Both the position numbers and the translations under genes were made by a program. 64,000 nucleotides of DNA from NCBI GenBank assembly GCA_002400415.1, contig DGQP01000007.1:77373-141372 (forward strand), in the 5' to 3' direction. Under the pieces are notes generated by a model, which saw only the letters and a program-made list of their open reading frames with translations, searched no databases and was not told the origin of the DNA. Positions 37,203-47,406 of this stretch are shown piece after piece (the stretch's first letter is position 1; each line of letters opens with the position of its first letter). Source of the DNA: Chitinophagaceae bacterium UBA4411 (GTDB lineage: Bacteria; Bacteroidota; Bacteroidia; Chitinophagales; Chitinophagaceae).

Positions 37203-38603
37203 CTATAAGTTGATACCAATACCGGCATTTACGAAGAACTGGATATTATCAGGCTGTAATTGTAAGGTTTGATAAGCTGTGTATATATTTTTTCGGTAAG
37301 CAGCACCGATATCAAATGTCAGCCTTGTTCTGTAGCTGATAAAATAATTCAAACTTCCGGCTAAACTGGCTATTCCATAAAACTCATCAGTGTCTCCTGC
37401 ATCCTGGTAACCGCCCTCGGCTTCAAGATTCAGGTTGATATTGGTTCTGGTATTGGGATAAAAAGCATGCTGGTAAAAAAGACTCAACCCGGCTTGCATG
37501 ATATCCTGGTCAAATTTGTTTTCACTGAATAAAACCCCGGAACTAAAATACCGTTCTGTAGAGTTCCAGGAAATATAATTCAGTTTAACAGCAGCACCGT
37601 AGTTATCCTGATGTTTCAGGTTCACCGGTTTGTATTTGTTGACACCAATGGAAACAAGTCCTGATAATATAGAAGGATCCATTTCGTACTTATCAACCAC
37701 AGCACTTTGTGTTCCATTCCTGTTATAACCTGAAACGGAAGGGGTAAAACGGATATACTTTTCGGTACCGGCCAGCCGGTTATTGTTAAAGGCAAAGAAC
37801 AGGATATCATTCAGGTTGGAGAAATAGGTAATGTCATCTTTACTGATCAGTCCTTTTTGTTGCAGGTAACTGTCAACTGTTTCCAAAATGAACTGGGTCC
37901 GCTTCCGGAAATCGAGGATACGTGTATTATTACCTTTGGTGATGCTGCGGCCCAATAGGTTTAACTCTTCAGAGGATAGCACTCCTGATAAACGACCTGC
38001 TTCCTGTAAGGATTGCTGTAACCACAATGCATTCTGCATATCGGTGATATTTTCCAGCCTTCCTTTTCCAAAGCCAAGCGGAAGAGCAACTGCATAACTG
38101 TTTTGTTTGTTCCTGAGGGCAGGCGGGAACTGGGACGAAGTTTGCCTGTCTGAAGTGGTACTTCCTGCTGCATCAATACCGTATTCAAAAAAATGCTGAC
38201 CTGAAAATCGTCTATTTAACAGACTGTATTGTAAGGCAATAAAATATCCCCTGTTCTTATTGGTATTGGTAGAGTTTTCGGATCTGTTGCTGTTGAAAGA
38301 AGATGAAAGATAGCCTGATGTCGTCTTCAGTATATTGTCAGTGCTTTTTATAGTATTCATGCCAACAGAAAAATTACCAGAAGAGGAACTGTTTTTAGTA
38401 TCGCCGGATCCCTGATCTGATTTATTATATGCACTGCCTCCGTTCACATTCAGGCTGATAGCCCTGTAATGATCAATCCTGTATTTAAAATTCTTAAGAA
38501 CGGAATCCTGCTGGCTGTAAAGTGAAACAGAAGAAATGGAAAGAAATACGAAGAGTATAATTTTTCTCATAGCGTTTGGTTTGTTGCCCGAAAGTAAAGC
38601 CAC
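37203..38603 (-). CDS. hypothetical outer-membrane beta-barrel protein
   Basis: Signal peptide. Ser/Asn-rich with alternating amphipathic strands. C-terminal ...FFVNAGIGINL. Confidence 0.45.
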   Translation of the reverse strand: MALLSGNKPNAMRKIILFVFLSISSVSLYSQQDSVLKNFKYRIDHYRAISLNVNGGSAYNKSDQGSGDTKNSSSSGNFSVGMNTIKSTDNILKTTSGYLSSSFNSNRSENSTNTNKNRGYFIALQYSLLNRRFSGQHFFEYGIDAAGSTTSDRQTSSQFPPALRNKQNSYAVALPLGFGKGRLENITDMQNALWLQQSLQEAGRLSGVLSSEELNLLGRSITKGNNTRILDFRKRTQFILETVDSYLQQKGLISKDDITYFSNLNDILFFAFNNNRLAGTEKYIRFTPSVSGYNRNGTQSAVVDKYEMDPSILSGLVSIGVNKYKPVNLKHQDNYGAAVKLNYISWNSTERYFSSGVLFSENKFDQDIMQAGLSLFYQHAFYPNTRTNINLNLEAEGGYQDAGDTDEFYGIASLAGSLNYFISYRTRLTFDIGAAYRKNIYTAYQTLQLQPDNIQFFVNAGIGINL

Positions 38604-38684
38604 GGATTAAAAAGGCATGTTAAATGAAAAGAGATTTGTGTTAATGAAAAACAAATCTCTTTTATCAAATGAAGCAGACGATGA

Positions 38685-39929
38685 TTACACTTTCACATAG
38701 ATCTTTTTCTTATCCATCCAGTAACAGATAGCCCACATAAAAGTGATCACACAAAGTGCATAAAGAAGCGACCCGTTTTCGGGAGCACCGGGAGTGTGGA
38801 TCAATACTTTTTTATACAACCAGTTCCAGGGATTGATATAGGTCATTTCGCCTTTGGCATTCAGGCCATCGGCAATGCGGACCAGGGCCAGCCCTTTTGG
38901 TAAAAAGGCGCTGAGGGCAAAAACGAACAGGGCATTCTTGCCAAACACATCAAAAAAACGTGCCAGCCCGCCTTTTACATTCTTAAACTCGATCAGGTAG
39001 ATCATGGTCGCAATAGTGATAATTGCTAACCCGGTGGTATAAATAGTATAAGAACTCGTCCATATCTTTTTATTGATCGGGAAAACCATATCCCAGCAAA
39101 AACCGGTGACCAGCATCGCAACACCGGCCACAAACAAACCGCTGACCATTTCATGATTCTTGCCTTTCTTCTGGATATAATCACCCACCACATAACCAAA
39201 GATTACCTGTACAATGGCGGAAATCGTACTCGCCAGTCCTTCCGGGTCAAAGGGCATTCCTTCTCCTTTATACATATGTGCCACACCCAGAATGCTTTTA
39301 TCAATGTCTGTTCCAAACCAGTTTTTCAAACTATAAGGATCGGAAGGATTGCCAACATAACAGAGCAGCCAATATAATAACAAAAGAATAAGGCCTGTAT
39401 AAAAGGCTCTTTGTGCTTTAAGGTAATAAGCAATTACGGCAGCAAAGAAGTAGCATACAGCTATTCGTTGCAATACCCCAAAAATGCGGACCCCGCTGGC
39501 TGGATTATTGGGGTCCACCCATTGACGAAAGACTAACGAACCTTCCTGCCATCTTACAAAAGGCCACCAGTTCAGGAAGAGACCGATCAAAAAAATGAGG
39601 GCTGTTCTTTTAAGCACTTTTCTCCAGAAAACCCCGTCACCGGCAGCTTCCAGCCGGGGTAATACAAAAGCCATAGCATTTCCTACCGCAAAAAGAAAAA
39701 AGGGAAATACAAGATCGGTAGGAGTCAGCCCATGCCAGGGAGCATGTTCCAATGGGGCATAAATATGCGACCAACTGCCGGGATTATTCACTAATATCAT
39801 CAGGCAAACGGTGGCGCCGCGAAAGACATCAAGGGAGTAAAAACGTTGGTTCACAAACCGGAGATTTAGTAATTGAAGATAGTAGAATATGTGTAATTGA
39901 ATTACTTGTTTATTGCGCAAGGCTGACAT
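38685..39929 (-). CDS. acyltransferase, HGSNAT-like (DUF1624/DUF5009 heparan-alpha-glucosaminide N-acetyltransferase family)
   Basis: Reads SLDVFRGATVCLMILVNNPG...APLEHAPWHGLTPTDLVFPFFLF, then multiple TM helices. Confidence 0.6.
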   Translation of the reverse strand: MSALRNKQVIQLHIFYYLQLLNLRFVNQRFYSLDVFRGATVCLMILVNNPGSWSHIYAPLEHAPWHGLTPTDLVFPFFLFAVGNAMAFVLPRLEAAGDGVFWRKVLKRTALIFLIGLFLNWWPFVRWQEGSLVFRQWVDPNNPASGVRIFGVLQRIAVCYFFAAVIAYYLKAQRAFYTGLILLLLYWLLCYVGNPSDPYSLKNWFGTDIDKSILGVAHMYKGEGMPFDPEGLASTISAIVQVIFGYVVGDYIQKKGKNHEMVSGLFVAGVAMLVTGFCWDMVFPINKKIWTSSYTIYTTGLAIITIATMIYLIEFKNVKGGLARFFDVFGKNALFVFALSAFLPKGLALVRIADGLNAKGEMTYINPWNWLYKKVLIHTPGAPENGSLLYALCVITFMWAICYWMDKKKIYVKV

Positions 39930-39935
39930 TCATGT

Positions 39936-40778
39936 TTATGGGGTGGGGTAGGCAGCGGAATACCCCGGGGATTTACCGATTTGCTGTAGTTGTTCAACGG
40001 CAGTTACAAGAAGCTCCAGTTTGGAAGACCTGGCAGGGAAAGAATCCGTATAACGGCTCTGGATATATGCCTTTTGGAGGTACTGAAGCAGGGTTTCTTC
40101 ATGGGGAGATGCAGGCGGAAAAACTAATTCTGCCGAAGGCTGAAAGAACAATGTGTAGCGGTGAAGGCGCAGCAGGTTATGGGTGGGTGGCCGGTAACCA
40201 GTACAGGAAAAGATAATACCGGTATAGACCTGTTCAGCAGCCTGGTGGAGCTGGAAAGCAGCCATAGACGGTTGGTTTCTGAGTAAAAGTAGTTTTGCAG
40301 CGGCCAGGAACTGGACTGACCGGTTGAACCAGGGAGCAGGATTAGGTAACGCCGGAACACTAATATGGCTGATTAATTCTTTGGCGGTAGTTGAATGACT
40401 ATAAAGTTGTTCTGCTTTTTCAGCGGTGAGCCAATAAAAATAATGACCCTCTCTTATCCCTTGTAATAGGCTGGTGCTGGCAATGACCCATGCAGTTACT
40501 TTAATAAATGAGGAACAGGATGTTTCAATCCAGTCCTGGATGGTTTCACTGTTCTGATGATTAAATTCATTGATGGTTACAAGTAAATGGTAATGAGTAA
40601 TTGTTTTACCCTTTATTTCAGCGGTAGAAAAAATGGTACGGGTTGTTTGCTGCTCTTTTGTTTCGGATAGCAGGAAAATATAACCGGTTTGCAGTTTGGC
40701 TGTAATAGCTTGTACGATTTGTTTCCGTATCGGGAGAACAGAGTGAAACTCCTCTTGCTGGCAGGCCGGAACTTGCAT
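39936..40778 (-). CDS. HEPN domain-containing protein
   Basis: The C-terminal half reads AAFQLHQAAEQVYTGIIFS..G..PPTHNLLRL...YIQSRYTD, matching the HEPN pattern (fHaqQa.EkalKa......THdL..L ... sRYpd). Confidence 0.5.
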   Translation of the reverse strand: MQVPACQQEEFHSVLPIRKQIVQAITAKLQTGYIFLLSETKEQQTTRTIFSTAEIKGKTITHYHLLVTINEFNHQNSETIQDWIETSCSSFIKVTAWVIASTSLLQGIREGHYFYWLTAEKAEQLYSHSTTAKELISHISVPALPNPAPWFNRSVQFLAAAKLLLLRNQPSMAAFQLHQAAEQVYTGIIFSCTGYRPPTHNLLRLHRYTLFFQPSAELVFPPASPHEETLLQYLQKAYIQSRYTDSFPARSSKLELLVTAVEQLQQIGKSPGYSAAYPTP

Positions 40779-40999
40779 GAAACTGTATTGAAAATTAACG
40801 GGACTTCTTTACGAAAAAAGATGCTGACAAGGATTACTGCATTTTATGTAAAAGATCCCAAAGAGTACCAGGCAGTAATATCGGGGAGCTGAAAACTCCG
40901 CTTTTTGTAACTTTCGTAAAGCAATTTGTGTACCCAAGGTACTATTTTTGTCTAATAAAAAGATCATCTAATAGATTATTTTCTATTAATTTTTTACAC

Positions 41000-41371
41000 A
41001 TGCGATTAACAGACCGGTTATCAGTTTACCTGGCTTATAAGAGTGTTTCTGTTTATTTGTTTGAAAAAACCTGCGGGATAGGTAATGGGTATATTGGTAA
41101 GCAAATGAAAGCTAAAGGGGCTATTGGCTCTGATATCCTGGAAAGGATCGCCGCCCGGTATCCTGACCTGAATATGAACTGGTTGATTACAGGAAAGGGA
41201 AAGATGCTGCAACGACCGGCGGCTGCAGCTAAAAATGACGGGGAACTTTACCTTATGGAGGAAGCGCCGGCCTATAAAATCAAAAATAAGCTGGTTGGAA
41301 TTTTACAAGAGCAGATCAGGATACTGGAGACTTCTTTGCCGGGTGGTAAGAGGAAAAGGACCGGGAAATAA
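41000..41371 (+). CDS. helix-turn-helix domain protein (Bacteroidetes mobile-element-type HTH)
   Basis: DLNMNWLITGKGKM is the characteristic Bacteroidetes HTH protein motif (NWLLTG.G.M). Start placed at MRLTDRL. Confidence 0.5.
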   Translation: MRLTDRLSVYLAYKSVSVYLFEKTCGIGNGYIGKQMKAKGAIGSDILERIAARYPDLNMNWLITGKGKMLQRPAAAAKNDGELYLMEEAPAYKIKNKLVGILQEQIRILETSLPGGKRKRTGK

Positions 41372-41480
41372 CTCAATACAATGATCCGGTATTTTCAGTT
41401 ATTTTAAAATACCAGTTCTGCCGCTGATCTTTCTGTTAAAGTTATCAACCCATGGGAATAAATCCTTCAAAATCTGCGTA

Positions 41481-41510
41481 TTTTATTCTCTTGCCACTCC
41501 CATTCTTCCC
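41481..41510 (+). promoter_or_regulatory. putative Bacteroidetes sigma-A promoter (-33 TTG / -7 TAnnTTTG) for the UpxY-led polysaccharide operon
   Basis: ttgccactcccattcttcccccTATATTTG has TTG, then 19 nt, then TAtaTTTG. A 5' UTR of about 115 nt precedes upxY, as is typical. Confidence 0.4.
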
Positions 41511-41626
41511 CCTATATTTGCAGGCAAATGCGGGATAGCAGCAGCTTTTCCGTAGGTTCATATTCAATGAAAACCGGTCATATACGAAAATTCAAATGTG
41601 ACTGAGGTGGCGAAGCCGTCTAAAAA

Positions 41627-42133
41627 ATGAGTTCCTTGTCAAAGAAATGGTTAGCGGTCTATACAAGGCCGAGGTGGGAAAAAAAAGTAAATCAGCTTTT
41701 GCAAGAAAAGGGAACAGAAAGTTATTGCCCGTTAAATAAGATCAGGCGCAAATGGAGTGACCGGGTAAAAGTGATTGAAGAACCCTTATTCAAATCTTAC
41801 GTTTTTGTGAAGATCAGCGATGAAGAAAGAACGCAGGTAAGAATGACACCAGGGATTGTCAATTTTGTATATTGGAATGGGAAACCTGCGGTAATAAAAG
41901 AAAAGGAGATTGCTACAATCCGCCGCTTCCTGGATGATTATGAGCATGTGGAAGCCGAACCCATGAATATCAAAATCAATGAAAGGGTCAAAATCACTAC
42001 CGGCCCGTTAATGGACCAGGAAGGAAAAGTGTTGTCGGTACGCCATAAAACTGCACAGGTGGCTATTGACAGTCTCGGTTATATGCTGGTCGCTTATATT
42101 GACAGAAGTAAATTAACTTCGGCCCGTACCTGA
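41627..42133 (+). CDS. upxY: UpxY family transcription antiterminator (NusG/KOW-like)
   Basis: WLAVYTRPRWEKKV...PLFKSYVFV...KVKITTGPLMDQEGKV matches the NGN and KOW motifs of UpxY proteins that lead Bacteroidetes capsule loci. Confidence 0.75.
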   Translation: MSSLSKKWLAVYTRPRWEKKVNQLLQEKGTESYCPLNKIRRKWSDRVKVIEEPLFKSYVFVKISDEERTQVRMTPGIVNFVYWNGKPAVIKEKEIATIRRFLDDYEHVEAEPMNIKINERVKITTGPLMDQEGKVLSVRHKTAQVAIDSLGYMLVAYIDRSKLTSART

Positions 42134-42186
42134 ACCAATTAAACCATTTTGCAGTCAGTACTGCAGTTTATTTTAAAGAAGCCTTC

Positions 42187-42951
42187 ATGAAAATCTTTCG
42201 CCTCTTTTCTCTGATTGCCCTGCCATTTTATCTTATCTCCTGCGCAACACAGAAAAAACTGCCTGCCTACTACCTCGATAAAGTGATCAACGATACAACA
42301 ATCAATAGTAACCTGAAATTTCCCGAATTAAATATCCAGAAAAACGATTTGCTCTCTATCAGTGTTTATAGTGCCAGTACTAACTTAACAGCGGATATTC
42401 CTTATAATCTTCCTGAAGCAGCAGCCGGCACCGGTTTTTTGGTGGATGCCAATGGTAATATCGAATACCCGCGATTGGGCACCATTCATGCTGAGGGTTT
42501 GACAAAACTGCAGCTGGCGGAAGAAATAAAAAAGAAACTCACACAGCCGGTGGAATTGTTAAGGAACCCATCTGTCATTATACGATTCCTCAATTATAAA
42601 ATAACCGTACTGGGCCAGGTCGGCCGGGAAGGTCTGGTGACATTGCCAGGCGAAAGGCTTACCATACTGGAAGCTATTGGCCTCGCTGGTGGAATCACCG
42701 ATTATGGGAAAAAAGATGAAGTAAAGATCAGGAGAGAAAGGGATGGCAAGATTGAGATTGGTACTGTTGATCTTTCATCCGACAGTTTATTCTATTCCCC
42801 TTATTATAACCTGGTGCAGAATGATGTGGTGATCGTGCAGCCTACTAAACAGAAAACGAAAATGATGGACCAGGGACTGACTCAGCAACGAATAAGTATT
42901 GCATTGAGCATCATTACCGCAGCAGCTATTATTTACAATATCTTCAAATAA
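42187..42951 (+). CDS. wza: polysaccharide export outer-membrane protein (Wza/BexD-like)
   Basis: Lipoprotein signal (LISCATQ). PES/SLBB-type export domain pattern. Sits at the capsule-locus position. Confidence 0.7.
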   Translation: MKIFRLFSLIALPFYLISCATQKKLPAYYLDKVINDTTINSNLKFPELNIQKNDLLSISVYSASTNLTADIPYNLPEAAAGTGFLVDANGNIEYPRLGTIHAEGLTKLQLAEEIKKKLTQPVELLRNPSVIIRFLNYKITVLGQVGREGLVTLPGERLTILEAIGLAGGITDYGKKDEVKIRRERDGKIEIGTVDLSSDSLFYSPYYNLVQNDVVIVQPTKQKTKMMDQGLTQQRISIALSIITAAAIIYNIFK

Positions 42952-42975
42952 GGGGTTCAATTTTATTTATCAGTA

Positions 42976-45372
42976 ATGCAAGATCCGAACACGAACATGA
43001 ATGCCAATAGTGAATTATGGAACCTGAGTGTAAGAGACCTGTTTTATAAATACGTCAGGTTTCTTCCTTGGATTATCATTTCAGTTGCCTTTGCTTTACT
43101 TGTTGCATATGTGTATCTGCGCTATGCCACCCCGATCTATAGTGTCGGCGGGACCCTGCTTATAAAGAATGAAGGACAAAATACAAAAGGGGACAAATTT
43201 GAGGACCTGTTCATTAATTCAAAATCGCAAGATATAGCAAGTGAAGTTGAAATACTGAAATCAAAGCCTTTAATGGCAAGAGTGGTTAAAAAACTCGGGC
43301 TGCAATACAGTTATTTTGCCAAAGGGAAGATCAAGGACCAGAATATTTACAAATCTACTCCTTTTATAATTGAGGCTTTACAGTTGGCCGATTCAGGCCA
43401 TTCTTTTACACTGATGATCAAATTTGCAAATGGCAGTTTTCGCATTAATGATGACCCTCTGGTTTTGAAGCCGGGTCAGTATTTCCGAAACAAGTACGGC
43501 CTGTTCAGATTAACAATGAAACCGAATATGCAATACGGGAAAGAATATTATATAACATATCAGTCATTGATCGCAGCAGCTGCAGGTTTAGCAGGACCTA
43601 TAAAGGTAGTCCCCAAATCACAAGGATCCGTTATTCTTAATATCAGCCTGCAAACTACTAACTCGCAGATGGGTGCTGATGTAATTAATACCCTGATGGA
43701 TGAATACAGTGAGTTTACCAAGGAAAGTAAGAACAAGATATCTGACCAAACTATTGAATTCATTGATGGTCGTATTGCTATTTTATCTGGCCAGTTGGAT
43801 ACGGTGCAGGAGCAACTGCTGAACTATATGGAGAAGAACAATATAGTGGATGTAGAGAGCCAGTCATCTGTATATTTTGATAAGATCAAAGAATCTGATA
43901 AACTGGTCGGGGAGCAGGAGTTGCAATTAATGGCAGTGGATGGAATAGCTTCTTATTTAAACCAGAAGCAGCATGAGTTTACAAAAGTGCCTTCCACACT
44001 TACGCTGACTGATGCTACGCTGGGAGAACTGATCACAGGGTATAATAAACTGCAGATTGATAGGGAGGCTATATTGGAAGCACAAGTGCCGGCAGCTAAC
44101 CCCGCTGTTATTGAAATAGAAAGCCAGATCAAACTACTCCGTGAAAAACTGATTGAGAATCTTGGTAATATCAGGAATTCTTATAGCAGGACGATCAATG
44201 AAATTAAAAGGAGCAGTGCTATGGCAGAAAGCCAGTTGAAAATGCTGCCGGTTAAGTCAAGAGGATTTTATGAAATAAAAAGACAGGTAGATGGTAAGCA
44301 GAGCCTTTATAATATATTATTGGAGAAAAGGGAACAAACGGCGATTTCAAGGGCTTCAACTATTTCCAACTCCCAGGTAGTTGAAAGTGCAATGCCGACA
44401 TCTAACCCGGTAAAACCAAGCAAAAGGGCTGTACAAATGCTTGCTATACTGATTGGCCTGGCGATTCCTTCCCTGATCATCTTTATGAAGGAAGTGCTGA
44501 ATGATAAAGTAACAACGAGGTTTGATATTGAGAAAATCACGGCTGCGCCGATACTGGGAGAGCTGGGTCATTCATATTCGGATAACACCCTGATCGTAAA
44601 TAAGACCACCCGCAGTATGGTAGCTGAGCAATTCAGGATTATTCGCTCTAACCTACAGTATATACTCAATAAAAATGAAAAACCTGTAATTCTGGTTACC
44701 TCTTCTTTCAGTGGAGAGGGTAAATCATTTGCAAGTACAAATATGGGAGCGGTGATGGCGTTAACTGGTAAGAAAACAGTCATACTTGAGTTTGATATCC
44801 GTAAACCTAAAGTTTTATCAGGATTGGGTATGCCGAAACGGGCTGGTATCACCAATTATCTTGTCGGTAAAACAGATAACCTGGAAGAACTGATTGCTCC
44901 GGTTCTGGAACATGATAATCTTTTTGTACTTGCCTGCGGACCTATCCCTCCTAACCCTTCAGAGCTATTGCTTGGAGAAAAACTGAAACGGATGTTCGAT
45001 ATCCTGAGAGAAAAATTTGATGTAATTATTGTAGACACTGCACCGGTGGGGATGGTGAGTGATGCGATGACGCTGGGTAAACAGGCAGATTGTACATTGT
45101 ATATCGTAAGGCAGGGTCACACATTCAAGAAGCAGGTAACAATGATCGATGAATTCTACCGGGAAAATAAATTACCTAAAGTCTCAATCATTATTAACGA
45201 TATTAAGATAAAGCCAGGGTATGGCTATTATGGCTATGGCCGTTATGGCTATGGCTATGGCTATGGCTATGGTGGCTATTATGAAGAAGAACACCCGCCA
45301 CAAACTTTCTTTGAACGCTTTTTAGAAAAACTTGATGTCAGGAAATGGTTTAAAAAGAAAAGGAAGAAATAA
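42976..45372 (+). CDS. wzc: polysaccharide co-polymerase / BY-kinase (Wzc-like) with Tyr-rich tail
   Basis: Two TM segments flank a periplasmic coiled-coil. Cytoplasmic Walker A SSFSGEGKSFASTNMG. C-terminal GYGYYGYGRYGYGYGYGYGGYY cluster. Confidence 0.8.
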   Translation: MQDPNTNMNANSELWNLSVRDLFYKYVRFLPWIIISVAFALLVAYVYLRYATPIYSVGGTLLIKNEGQNTKGDKFEDLFINSKSQDIASEVEILKSKPLMARVVKKLGLQYSYFAKGKIKDQNIYKSTPFIIEALQLADSGHSFTLMIKFANGSFRINDDPLVLKPGQYFRNKYGLFRLTMKPNMQYGKEYYITYQSLIAAAAGLAGPIKVVPKSQGSVILNISLQTTNSQMGADVINTLMDEYSEFTKESKNKISDQTIEFIDGRIAILSGQLDTVQEQLLNYMEKNNIVDVESQSSVYFDKIKESDKLVGEQELQLMAVDGIASYLNQKQHEFTKVPSTLTLTDATLGELITGYNKLQIDREAILEAQVPAANPAVIEIESQIKLLREKLIENLGNIRNSYSRTINEIKRSSAMAESQLKMLPVKSRGFYEIKRQVDGKQSLYNILLEKREQTAISRASTISNSQVVESAMPTSNPVKPSKRAVQMLAILIGLAIPSLIIFMKEVLNDKVTTRFDIEKITAAPILGELGHSYSDNTLIVNKTTRSMVAEQFRIIRSNLQYILNKNEKPVILVTSSFSGEGKSFASTNMGAVMALTGKKTVILEFDIRKPKVLSGLGMPKRAGITNYLVGKTDNLEELIAPVLEHDNLFVLACGPIPPNPSELLLGEKLKRMFDILREKFDVIIVDTAPVGMVSDAMTLGKQADCTLYIVRQGHTFKKQVTMIDEFYRENKLPKVSIIINDIKIKPGYGYYGYGRYGYGYGYGYGGYYEEEHPPQTFFERFLEKLDVRKWFKKKRKK
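45216..45275 (+). repeat. GGCTAT hexamer tandem repeat encoding the Wzc Gly/Tyr cluster
   Basis: Reads ggctattatggctatggccgttatggctatggctatggctatggctatggtggctattatg. Confidence 0.7.
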
Positions 45373-45374
45373 GT

Positions 45375-46328
45375 ATGCGTATTTTGGTTACAGGAGGAGC
45401 AGGATTCATCGGTTCTAACCTGGTGGAAGCCCTGCTTAAGGATAAGCGGGTAAGTTTGGTTCGTGTATTGGATAACCTGGTCACAGGTTCTTTGCAGAAT
45501 ATTGAAGAATTTGCCGGGCATCCGCGGTTTCAATTGGTGGAAGGCGATATCAGAGATTATCAAACCTGCTTGGATGCTTGTGAAGGTATTGACCGCATTT
45601 CTCACCAGGCAGCTTTAGGTTCGGTGCCCCGTTCGATCAATGATCCGCTGACGACTAACAATGTTAACATTACCGGTACCCTCAATATTTTCACTGCAGC
45701 GAAAGACAATGGAATTAAAAGAGTGGTATATGCTGCCAGTTCATCCACTTATGGTGATCATCCCGGTTTGCCTAAAGTGGAGGATATTATTGGTAAGCCA
45801 CTTTCTCCTTATGCAGTTACCAAATATGTGAATGAATTGTATGCGCAGGTATATGCCAATTTGTATGGGGTTGAATTTATTGGGTTACGGTATTTCAATA
45901 TCTTTGGACCTAAACAAAATACAAACGGGCCTTATGCAGCAGTCATACCCCTTTTTGCAGAAGCCATACTGAACAATGTGTCTCCTGTAATAAATGGTGA
46001 TGGCAGTCATAGCCGGGATTTTACTTATGTTGATAATGCAGTGCAAGCGAATATTCTCTCTTTGTTCACTGACAATCCTGAAGCTGTAAACCAGGTGTAT
46101 AATATTGCCTGTAGTCAGCAAACATCTCTGTTGCAACTTTTTAACAGCCTGAAAGAAAGTGCAGGCAGTGACCTGGTGCCGGTTCATGGTCCGGACAGGA
46201 AGGGAGATGTGAAACATAGCCTCGCAGATATTTCAAAGGCCAAAAGATTATTAAGTTATAACCCGGTTGTATCTGTGGAAGAAGGATTAGCTGCTGCATT
46301 CAATTGGTACAAAAACGTCAAAAAATAA
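45375..46328 (+). CDS. NAD-dependent epimerase/dehydratase (UDP-HexNAc(A) 4-epimerase WbpP/TviC-like)
   Basis: Reads GGAGFIGSNLVE...YAASSSTYG...SPYAVTK(Y)...GLRYFNIFGP. This is an extended SDR epimerase. Confidence 0.65.
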   Translation: MRILVTGGAGFIGSNLVEALLKDKRVSLVRVLDNLVTGSLQNIEEFAGHPRFQLVEGDIRDYQTCLDACEGIDRISHQAALGSVPRSINDPLTTNNVNITGTLNIFTAAKDNGIKRVVYAASSSTYGDHPGLPKVEDIIGKPLSPYAVTKYVNELYAQVYANLYGVEFIGLRYFNIFGPKQNTNGPYAAVIPLFAEAILNNVSPVINGDGSHSRDFTYVDNAVQANILSLFTDNPEAVNQVYNIACSQQTSLLQLFNSLKESAGSDLVPVHGPDRKGDVKHSLADISKAKRLLSYNPVVSVEEGLAAAFNWYKNVKK

Positions 46329-46331
46329 ATC

Positions 46332-47390
46332 ATGTCCAGAACAATTATTATAACAGGAGGAGCCGGGTTTATTGGTTCGCATGTAGTAAGACTTTTTGTA
46401 AATAAATACCCGGACTACAAGATCATCAACCTGGATGCATTAACCTATGCAGGCAACCTAGAAAACCTGCGGGATATTGAAAATGCACTGAATTACTATT
46501 TTGAAAAAACGAATATCCTGGATGCAGACCAACTGGAAAGGATTTTTGTACTGCATCAGCCGGACGGCGTCATTCACCTGGCAGCCGAAAGCCATGTGGA
46601 CAGGTCTATTCATTCCCCGCTTGATTTTGTATACACGAATGTTATTGGTACGGTGAATCTGCTCAACACCGCCAAACATTTCTGGAAAGACAAGATGGAA
46701 GGAAAACGTTTCTATCATGTATCTACGGATGAAGTATATGGGGCACTTGGTGATACCGGGTTCTTTACCGAAGAAACAAAGTACGATCCGCATTCGCCTT
46801 ATAGTGCCTCCAAAGCTTCCAGCGACCATTTTGTAAGGGCCTATCATGATACGTACGGTTTACCGGCCGTGGTATCTAATTGTTCCAATAACTATGGACC
46901 CAATCATTTTCCGGAAAAACTCATTCCTTTATTCATCAACAATGTGATCCATAAAGAACCTTTGCCGGTATACGGAGATGGTTTATATACCCGCGACTGG
47001 CTCTATGTAAAAGACCACGCCAGGGCTATTGATCTTATTTTTCACAAAGGCAAAACAGGGGATACTTATAATATCGGCGGTTTTAACGAATGGAAGAATA
47101 TTGACCTCGTCAGGTTATTGTGCAAACTGATGGATGAACGGCTGGGCAATCCCGCCGGTACCAGCGAACAACTCATTACCTATATTAAAGACAGACCAGG
47201 TCATGATCGTCGTTATGCTATCGATGCCGGTAAGATCAATAAAGAGCTGGGTTGGGAACCATCTGTTACGTTTGAAGAAGGGCTGGCCCAGACCATCGAC
47301 TGGTATTTTGAAAATACAGAATGGCTGCACAATGTGACCAGTGGAGAATACCAGCAGTATTATCAAAAGCAGTACGATAAATCCAGTTGA
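46332..47390 (+). CDS. rfbB: dTDP-glucose 4,6-dehydratase
   Basis: Reads GGAGFIGSHVV...NLDALTYAGN...YHVSTDEVYG...SPYSASKA, the canonical RfbB sequence. Confidence 0.85.
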   Translation: MSRTIIITGGAGFIGSHVVRLFVNKYPDYKIINLDALTYAGNLENLRDIENALNYYFEKTNILDADQLERIFVLHQPDGVIHLAAESHVDRSIHSPLDFVYTNVIGTVNLLNTAKHFWKDKMEGKRFYHVSTDEVYGALGDTGFFTEETKYDPHSPYSASKASSDHFVRAYHDTYGLPAVVSNCSNNYGPNHFPEKLIPLFINNVIHKEPLPVYGDGLYTRDWLYVKDHARAIDLIFHKGKTGDTYNIGGFNEWKNIDLVRLLCKLMDERLGNPAGTSEQLITYIKDRPGHDRRYAIDAGKINKELGWEPSVTFEEGLAQTIDWYFENTEWLHNVTSGEYQQYYQKQYDKSS

Positions 47391-47406
47391 AAAGCATTAA
47401 CTGTTT

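Noticed and set aside
41400-41440. Short inverted repeat ggtattttcagttattttaaaatacc upstream of upxY as an invertible-promoter boundary
   Set aside because: The 8-bp AT-rich arms are only 8 nt apart. No matching distal repeat or recombinase gene is visible in the window, so there is not enough evidence for a DNA inversion switch.
45216-45275. Possible CRISPR-like short repeats (ggctatggctatggctat)
   Set aside because: They are contiguous hexamer repeats inside the Wzc coding frame encoding a Gly/Tyr cluster. There are no spacers and no cas genes, so this is not a CRISPR array.
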